A DNA stretch of 64,000 bases from the human T2T-CHM13v2.0 reference genome, Homo sapiens, in NCBI GenBank assembly GCA_009914755.4, contig CP068257.2:39232001-39296000 (forward strand). The letters run 5' to 3'. The notes under the pieces are model-generated. The model was not told the DNA's origin, ran no database searches, and was given only the letters and a program-made list of their open reading frames with translations. This document shows, in pieces, positions 55,795-64,000 of this stretch. The position numbers were made by a program, and so were the translations under genes. Within the stretch, counting starts at the first letter, position 1. Each line of letters starts with the position of its first letter.

Positions 55795-56192
55795 TTTAGG
55801 TCTATTTGTGCTGCCATCACAAAATGCCTGAGAGTGGGTAATTTATAAACAATAGAAATTTATTTCTCACAGTTCTGGAGCTGGGAAATCCAAGATGAAG
55901 GTGCTGGCAGGTTTGGTGTCTAGTGAGAGTCTAGTCTTTGCTCCCAAGACGGTGCCTGCCACGCTGCACCCTCCAGAGAATGGAATGCTGCCTCCTCACA
56001 TAGTGGAAGGGATGGAAAGGCAAAAAGAAGCCAAAGTTCTCCATCAAGCCCTTTGACAATGACATTAAGCTATTTATGAGAACAGAGTCACCATGACCTA
56101 ATTCCTCCCTGAAGGCGCACGTTCCAACACTGTTGCATTGCGGATTACGTTTCCAACACATGAATTGTGGGGGACACATGCCAACCATAGCA
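55795..56192 (-). mobile_element. MaLR solo LTR, MLT1-like
   Basis: ctatttgtgctgccatcacaaaatgcctgagagtgggtaatttataaacaatagaaatttatttctcacagttctggagctgggaaatccaagatgaaggtgctggcagg ... ctccatcaagccctttgacaatgac ... ccaacactgttgcattgcggattacgtttccaacacatgaattgtgggggacacatgccaaccatagca. Confidence 0.6.
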
Positions 56193-59186
56193 CCCCCAAA
56201 ACTCTTTGTCCCAAAGACCTATCACAGCTGTATTTTTAAACCCTAAAGCATATGTCATTTATGCCTATCTTTCTAATGATTTCTATTGATTGTTATGGCT
56301 GCTTACCCCGCTTCATCTCCAAAACCAGAATAAAAATAAAATTTATTTTCATACAACCTTATTATCCTTCAAATGATCTTTCTGTGTTAAAATGGTCAAA
56401 TCCTGACAGTCCTGGTTCTACTGAACCCTGAGGATGAAATGGGCTCCTAGCGACTGAAGCTTTCCTTCCTTTTCTAGAATTATCATTGTCAAAAACAAAT
56501 GCTTCCTTGGTCATTTAAAACAGGTATATGAAGTGTCTCATATTTACCCCAAATTAAAACATTCAGGTAAAGAGGCATGGCAGGTTTTTGAGAGCAGTTC
56601 TGCTTTGCCCCTCTCTTCATCTCTCTAGTTTTTTATGACATTATAAAAAAATGAACTTACTCTTTGGGATCCTATTTGAATGCTTAAGATAGATAACATA
56701 AAATGCAAAATGTTGAAGAAAAAATAATGTTTCATATGAGGAAAAACAGTGTTTCACTTGTATTCATACGAACGCACACGCATATGAACTCTGGGGGAAT
56801 AAAGATAATTAACACTCATAAGTTCAGAGTTGGAATGGACTCTTGTAGCAAAAGACAGATTAATGAGAGAAAAACAAATGGAAGTTTATTAATGTGTATA
56901 TTTCATAGGTACATGAAAGACGCCAAGGGAATGAGTAGTCCTCAAAGGGATGGCTTTGAATTCTGGCTTGTATAGCATTTTTAACAAAGAACAGTACATT
57001 TTTAAGGAAGTAACAAGACAAAGAAAAGGACTTGGGTTCTCCAGGGCAGCAGCTTGCAGGAAGACACATAATGGTAAATAAAGGCGAGTTAGGGAAGCTT
57101 GCTCGTGGAGATGCCTCTGGTATCATCTCCAGGGTCATCAGTGCCCAAGGTTGTCTTCCGTGGTTAACCTTTGTTCTCCCATAGGAGAAGAAGGCAGGGC
57201 AGGATTCCTTTTGTCCTTATAAACCTGTGTCCTACTTTTAGGCAAATAAAGGGAGAGGAGAGCTCTTTCCTGTAACTACTTCTTCTTAATTGCCTTCAGT
57301 TCAACAGTCATTTATATTTTGGGGTGGTATATTCTGGTCCCCACAATACATATGTAGACGCAGGCATACACACAGAGGAAGAGATTATTTTCTTTTAAGA
57401 GGTATATCTTGGCCAGGGATTTCCATTCCACTGTGCAGCCTGACTGCATTCAAAATGCAGGCAATGAAGGAGGCCACTTGGTACACTGCATTCTGGAAGA
57501 GAAAACCAAGACTTGAACAGACATAAAAGATTTAAATTTCAGGCTTTCAAAGTTGAGGGCTGGACCAGAAACAGGCCCCCGCCCCCTCCCCCCACCCACA
57601 ACACACACAGGAGTGAAGACACTAAAATGATTTGTTTTCTAATTTACATGTTAATCTTGGTGAAGTAACAGATCCCTCCTGCATCCTTTCAAGGACATTG
57701 CAGTGCCTACCAGCTAACTAACAATTCTTTCAACAAGTGTGCATGCAGCCTCTGCTAGATCCTGGGAAGGCAACAGACAACTAGAGAAATGTGGTTACTA
57801 CCTTTATGGTTATTTCTTGATATTGGAGAAGAGACACTTACATAAACAGACAAGTATTCAAAATGAATTTGTAATACAGTAACTGAGGAAGACTTCAGGC
57901 TTCCATGAGAATCTACAATTGTGAGGCCTAGCCAGTTCAAACCAGGTGAGAAACAGAAGGGTTGGGAGTATTTGATATAAGACAGAATGAAGGGGACAGT
58001 GGTAAACCACTGAAGCTGTGAGCTGACAAAAAGTACAACAATTCAAAAACATCCACATTGTGTTGGCCAAAACTCCAAGAGTTCCAGCCACTTCACCTGC
58101 CAAGTATTTGCCTCTGATATTACTGATCAGTCCACGTAGCATTTGGGAATCATTGTAACTCCTTGGTTGCCCCACAAAATGCGCAGTCCATTGGACTGGA
58201 CTGAACTGTCTAAGAATGATGACTAGGAAGCTTTTGGTTTTACTCAAATAAGTGTTTTTCCACCGTGCAGTTCATCATGAGATTGGAGGTGGTATTTCCA
58301 GGGAGTGCTTATGAAGATAGCAGAGGAAAGGTGCCAAGCTGGAACCGAGCCTGCACATCGCCCTACTGGGACATGGCTTGTTTATGTTCTACTGCCAGTG
58401 GGTCCAGGGGAAAACCTTCCAAACCACATGAGCATTGCCAAGATCGGTAGCAACACATCATTCACTATTAACCAAATCTGAAAAACAAGAAGGCAAAGTC
58501 AACAACTCCCTAACTCACACATTGTGCAAAAATTATGACTTCTGGGTGGTTACTAGGAATATCTCAAACATGAGTTTTGAAAATTTGCCTGTTTTACCTG
58601 AACCACACAGTATTGTGTCCTAGCATGCTGATGTATATAGTGATTGAGGTAGAAAATGTTCAATATAAACAAAAGACAACACAGTGAGGGATGGGGTGAG
58701 AAAAAAATACTTCTGACCCATCCATACTTATGGCTGCAGGCTTGTCGTTAGAATGTGCATGTCATCTTGATATTTCTCCATCCACTTGGCTTCTGCCTCA
58801 TTTCTCACCATTTTCCTTCCATTTCCTGGTGTTTTCTCCACTCCAGCCAACTGCTCACTCTCTGGCGTCTCTCTGTGCTTGCTTTTGTGGCATGTTGGCA
58901 AAATGCCACCTTGACAGTGTTTGGTCTCCCAGCTTGGTCTTTGTGTTTTCCCTTTCTCTCTTCTACCTAAAAGGAAAACAGCCTTTGCTTTTCACTGATG
59001 AGTGGCTGGCAGCACCCAGGGCTAGCTCAGTGCCACTGCTGGCAGGCATCTCATGCCTGTCAGCAGTCCAGTTACTAAAGGCAGCATTCAGAGGCGGGGG
59101 ATCTGGGAGGAGGGTCATCATCTCGGGAGGTCAGAGCTGATATCTCCAACCTTCCCACAACTTTTATTAAAAATTCTCCCCACATC

Positions 59187-59877
59187 GGGTACAGTGGCTC
59201 ACAACCGTAATCCTAGCACTTTGGGAGGCCAAGGCTGGAGCATTGCTTGAGCTCAGGAGTTTGAGACCAGCCTGGGAAACACAGTGAGATCCTGTCTCTA
59301 CAAAAAGTATAAAAATTAGCTGGGCATGATGTACTGGTTTGTTCTCACACTGCTATGAAGAAATATCCGAGACTAGGTAATTTGTTTAAAAAAGAGATTT
59401 AATTGACTCAGAGTTCTGCATGGCTGGGGAGGCCTCAGGAAACTTACAGTCATGGCAGAAGGCACCACTTCACAGGGTAACAGGAGAGAGAATGAGTGCC
59501 AAGTGAAGGGGGAAATGGCAGACGCTTATAAAACCATCAGATCTTGTGAGACGCACTCACTATCATGAAAACAGCATGGGGGAACCACCCCCATGATTCA
59601 ATTACCTCCCACAGAGTTCCTCCCACAATACGTGGGGATTACAGAGATTACAACTCAAGATGAGATTTGGGTGGAAACACAGCCAAACCTTATCACATGG
59701 TGATGTGTGCCTATTGTCCCAGCTACTCAGGAGGCTGAGGTGGGAGGAACACTTGAGCTCCAGATGTCAAGGCTGCAGTTAGCCATGTTTGTGCCACTCC
59801 ACTCCAGCCTGGGTCCTGAGACCCTGTCCTCTCTCTGCCAAAAAAACAAAACAAAACAAAACAAAAAACAAAAAACC
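59187..59877 (+). mobile_element. old Alu (AluJ/FLAM-like, CpG-depleted) split by a THE1 LTR insertion; Alu parts at 59187-59329 and 59696-59877
   Basis: Left part: gggtacagtggctcacaaccgtaatcctagcactttgggaggccaaggctggagcattgcttgagctcaggagtttgagaccagcctgggaaacacagtgagatcctgtctctacaaaaagtataaaaattagctgggcatgatg. Right part: catggtgatgtgtgcctattgtcccagctactcaggaggctgaggtgggaggaacacttgagctccagatgtcaaggctgcagttagccatgtttgtgccactccactccagcctggg ... (CAAAA)n tail. Confidence 0.85.
59330..59695 (-). mobile_element. THE1-like MaLR solo LTR inserted into the Alu
   Basis: tgtactggtttgttctcacactgctatgaagaaatatccgagactaggtaatttgtttaaaaaagagatttaattgactcagagttctgcatggctggggaggcctcaggaaacttacagtcatggcagaaggcaccacttcacagg ... 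gatcttgtgagacgcactcactatcatgaaaacagcatgggggaaccacccccatgattcaattacctcccacagagttcctcccacaatacgtggggattacagagattacaactcaagatgagatttgggtggaaacacagccaaaccttatca. Short TSD-like duplication TGATG / TGGTG in the Alu at the junctions. Confidence 0.85.
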
Positions 59878-62268
59878 CCTTCCCGTGAGGAATCAGTCCT
59901 AATGGTCATGGCCCAGACACACCTGGACCACAGGCTCCATCCTCCATGGTGACAGCCTTGTCATTCCCATCTAATCCCTGGCCATTCTCCAGGCCCAGCC
60001 CCATGCCAGCTCCTCCCAGTGCCTTTCCAGTTCTCTCCAGCCTGACCATTGTTCCTTTCTCAGACTCAGAGCCCTTGCAGTCCAACCAGGCACAGTGACA
60101 GCCCTCATTCTAAGGAAGCCACACCTTGTTTCCTTGGCCAAGCTTGGAAGTCCTTAGAGCAAGCTCTGCACAGAACATGGTGTGTATCCCCCGTAGCCCT
60201 TAACCTAACGATGTCCATATTGTAGGGACTCCATTGGAAACATGTTTAGTAATCACCGGCCATGTGGCAAGGACTAAGGAAGAAAGAAATCATCGGCATG
60301 CTCTTGCTTCTCAAGGAACTCTCTGTCCAGTAAAGAAACTCACAGCATCCCAGGCATTTGTAACCAGACCTTAAGGAAACATGTTGGCTGTTCTGGGAGT
60401 CAAACCACAGAATTATGCGACTTTGCTTCTAAAAGCCTCAAGTCTAAATTTCTGAGACAAGCCAAATTAAACACATCAACCCAGAGACAGCAAAGAGGTT
60501 TTGCCACATGGTACATATGGATATTTTTCATTCTGAGAGCTTAGAATCATACATCATTGATCCCAGAAGTGAATTTACAGATCATTGATTGAAACTGCTA
60601 GTAGCATAAGGGAAAAAAAGTCTGATAGGACAATATGATTTATCCAAAGTGTAACCAGAGCCCTCCCTTTTCTAGCAGGACCTCAGCCTCCTAAAAAACT
60701 TTACTGTATAAACCCCTACATCTCACTCCCAAAAGACAGGTGCAACTCTACAGCCTTAGTTTCTGAATTTGTGAAGTGGGCATGATTATAGTACCTCCCA
60801 GGGCTGCTGGGAGGATTCAGTGAGACAGCAGAATTAGTAAACTGTATCATTCATAAAGCTCTGTTCAAGAATAATCTATTCTATTCCAGGAATTCTATGA
60901 TGGGGGATGTCCAAAGTCAGGTAAATGTCACTGAAGAAAGATCCATTATTACAAATCTTACAAAAAGGAAACCAGAAGGGCTACAATAATTTTAATAGTA
61001 ACTTCTGGGGGCACAAACATGAGTAATAAAAAACTTCAAATTGTTCATGGTACAAATACAGGAAATACCTTATTATTAAGAAGTGTCTTTGTGGTTACCT
61101 GAAGCTTTGAGTTTTAATATATGCTTTCTCAGACCCAAAGCTGTAAGACTTAAGCGATTTTTTTAAACTTCACGAACTTCTTTGAGCTCACAAAAATCTC
61201 TCTGGATTGTTTTCTTTATACAGTAAATATGGGCTTCATTCCTTTTTTTATCTGGAATTACTTCTAAAGGGGGAATGGATTTAAGTGCCTGTTTGAATTA
61301 AGCAGCTATATAATTTTATTTGAGGAGAAATATAAATTGTTTAGAGAATGTACCTGATGTATTTAGCTAAAATTGTCTTTTGAATAATTTCGAGGGGGAG
61401 GGTAGAAAGCAATAACTATGCCGCATCTGCTAATATAGTTTTGTGAATTAGTTGCTATTTATTGATTACATGTACAACAATCTTATGAGCTAGCTATGGA
61501 TAATACCGCATTTCAGAGATGCGAAGAGCAAGGCAGAAAGAAAGAAGATGAGCTAGGCATTCTATAAAGAACACTTACAATTTTAGACCAAAGATAAGAA
61601 CACTTTTTCCTTGGCACTTGCAACACTTACCTTGCTTTATTCCTTTTATAATTAAATGTTTAATTGAAGAGACGAAGTTGTGGCACTCTGTGTTCAGAGG
61701 ACACTGGACTACGTGAAAGTCCACAGAGTGTGATTATGCAGTGAAGGCCATGTGTGTAAGGGGAAAAGAAGGGGCTCCCCTGTAACCGGCCTTAGGAAAA
61801 CACCATCTGCATCTTTCTGGGGCCAGAATGGTGGGGGTTTCCAGCCTAAGAGCGTCTAAGGGAAATCTCATTCATCTTAGTGAGAACATCTAATGCATTA
61901 TTGGCTTACCAGTAATGCTAAAAATTTTATCCCAAGAAGGAACAAGGGGACATTTAATATAACTGCCAAGAAAGAACTGGTTTGTTCTGGAGACACAGCA
62001 TACAGAGAATACAGAGCTAGGAGCATGGACTCCGGGACCAGACAGGCTCACATGGCCCCAAGGCTTGGGAAGCTGCTTAACCTTTTCATACCCATCTTGC
62101 ATCTGAAAATGGAGGCAATAAACAGTACTTAGCTGAAAGGATTGTCATGACGGTTAAAAGAGAACAATGCCTGGCAAGTGCTGGGTGGTGTTGAATAAAC
62201 ATTTGCTAAAGTAAATTTCCAGAAATCCCGGGAGAAAGTGAATGTGGTCTCATGAAAACCCTAATAGT

Positions 62269-62367
62269 TTTTTGTTCTTGCGATAGTTTACTGAGAACGA
62301 TGATTTCCAATAACCCTAAAACTTAAAGTATAATAATAATAAATTTAAAAAAAAGAAAAAAAAAAAA
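62269..62367 (+). mobile_element. 99-bp L1 mini-insertion with twin-priming-type inversion: about 42 bp of inverted internal L1 3' UTR, then the sense L1 3' terminus and poly(A), flanked by a perfect 15-bp TSD
   Basis: TSD GAAAACCCTAATAGT at 62254-62268 and 62368-62382, identical 15/15. Insert: tttttgttcttgcgatagtttactgagaacgatgatttccaa (reverse complement of L1 ...ttggaaaccatcattctcagtaaactatcgcaagaacaaaaa) then taaccctaaaacttaaagtataataataataaatttaaaaaaaagaaaaaaaaaaaa (L1 terminus ...ccctaaaacttagagtataataaaaaataaa plus An). Confidence 0.75.
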
Positions 62368-64000
62368 GAAAACCCTAATAGTAAGAAGGAATTCAGGACA
62401 AATCAGACACACAAAGCTGGTTTAGAAAAGGTGGATTTGAGCTTACTAGAAAATTCAGAAGGGATGCTGTTGTAAAAGAGATACAGGAGATGGTGACACC
62501 TGGGAGGGCTCAGGGTCACTTAATGGTCTGGTAGGCAGCCCAAGGAGTACCAAGCAGTGCCAGGATGTGGAGGAGGTGATAGATCGCCAAAGTGGAGGGC
62601 ATGTGTGCCACCCGGGACCAGGGTATGGCATGGCCAAGCCAGGCAGTGAGCAGCCATGGAAGGCGTGCCTCCTGCTCACATTGCCGTCCCTCTGATTTTG
62701 TAGTATGAACAAGGAGGCACCCTGGCTAATCCTGATGTAAACAACTGAACATGCTGGACACATGTTGGCCTTGCGGATGTGTTCATGAGCATAAAACAGC
62801 AACTAATAGCGAGCATGGGGTCACAAAGAGGATGTCCTGATAAAGCATCATTTTTCTTTTTCTAGCAAGATTACTGATCTGTTAGATCTCATCTCAAAGA
62901 TTAAGACCCCAGGGGAAAGTTGGCTTGAGTTCAGGAAGTCCTTTGACAAAGACTTTCCTCCATTCTGTGAATGCAGCGGAGACTGAAGAGGAAAACTTGG
63001 AATAATTAGAAGAACTGTAAGCCAGTTGGACAATTGCTTCCAGCGTGCTGATTAATGAGTTGTTACAGAGATCAATGGATTCAGTATTGGCATGGAAAAG
63101 GATTATAATCTTGACTTCTGGCATTCATATTTTATCAGCAATTGGATGGGGCCATAGGGTTATCAATTGTTCATGTGACACTAGCTGTAGCAGGTAGGCA
63201 CTATGCTGAGTGCTGAATCACGCTTCAAACACATTGATATAATGAGTATGGAGATTCCATTTGGGAAAATAAAATAGTTCTGGAGACATTTGAACAAAAA
63301 TGTGAATGTGCTTAATGTCACTGAACTGTTCGCTACAAATAGTGAAAATGGTAAATTTTTGGTTGTGTATATTTTACCACAATGAAAAAAACATGAAAGA
63401 GAAAAGATTCTTATAGCTGAGAGAGACAGGGTTATAATATCTAAATTATTTTTTAGAGGTGGAGTAAATTATTTTTTAGAGGAGGAGCTAAAAGTCAAAG
63501 TGTCTTGTGTGTCTTACCTCTTGTGACAAATTTTTGGTGATAAGTTTTGGTTCACTCATGTTGGGTTTGGAGCCAGGAATGCATTTAGAAACGATGTCAG
63601 AGAGATTCCATCTTATGCTTATGTGGGTTTTAGTATACACACCATTTGAAATTCAGTGATAGTAACTCATGAAAAGGGAACTTCAAACCATCATTTCAAC
63701 ATAAATAACCAATTCAAATAAGAGCCCTGTATTAAAAACAGTTATATTTAACGAATTTATCTACAAATAAAAATTTTAACAAATAAATTATACTAAGAAA
63801 GCATATGGGTAAAGTCTGCTTGTAAGTTTAATCTCATCTATGGCATATCATGAATATGTTTTATTTAATATTATATTTTCATTCTATTTCGTTTGCTTCT
63901 CATAACTACTTTTAACCAAGTGTCTCTATGAGAAATGTTACCTCACTATTCATTGACAATGTAATTGAACTAAGTCCAGCATATACTAGTTCCTCTACAG

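Noticed and set aside
57560-57600. C-rich run ggcccccgccccctccccccacccacaacacacacagg as a possible promoter element
   Set aside because: Isolated, with no surrounding CpG enrichment. Likely low-complexity sequence only.

Overview
This window is primate (almost certainly human) nuclear DNA, not a prokaryotic or phage locus. The evidence is eleven Alu SINEs with recognisable target-site duplications (TSDs), several L1 LINE copies, MIR fragments, MaLR-type LTRs (THE1/MST-like and MLT1-like) and many di-/tri-nucleotide microsatellites. No gene cassette, defence system, CRISPR array or operon-like structure is present, and none should be expected in this kind of sequence. I found no confident protein-coding exon. 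The longest ORFs lie in the CpG island, in GC-rich unique DNA at 5.1-5.9 kb and 44.7-45.2 kb, or inside Alu/L1 copies. They overlap on both strands and have no recognisable domain, so they are stop-codon-poor background rather than genes.

The one likely functional element is a ~750-bp CpG island at 2980-3730, with poly-C/G runs and a short (GCC)n tract. It is followed by an AT-rich segment (3730-4260) dense in TAAT/ATTA motifs, which looks like a developmental-gene promoter or enhancer. I cannot name the gene from the sequence alone.

The rest of the window is best read as a layered record of transposition:
- A 5'-inverted, twin-primed L1 (24230-26678) with an Alu later inserted into its inverted arm.
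- A near-full-length ancient L1M (about 27430-34600). It carries a nested TIR-type DNA transposon with an 8-bp TSD, a younger L1PA 3' fragment with a candidate 3' transduction, and a MaLR LTR.
- A complete MaLR element with both LTRs (52613-55108), with an inverted solo THE1 LTR 27 bp upstream of it.
- A THE1 LTR that splits an old Alu (59187-59877).
- A 99-bp L1 mini-insertion (62269-62367) built from an inverted internal piece plus the sense 3' terminus and poly(A), flanked by a perfect 15-bp TSD.

Alu orientation is partitioned: the three copies before 25 kb are on the minus strand and all eight copies after 36 kb are on the plus strand. Repeat-family names below are from memory of the consensus sequences. 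Boundaries are from reading the sequence and are good to about ±10 bp.
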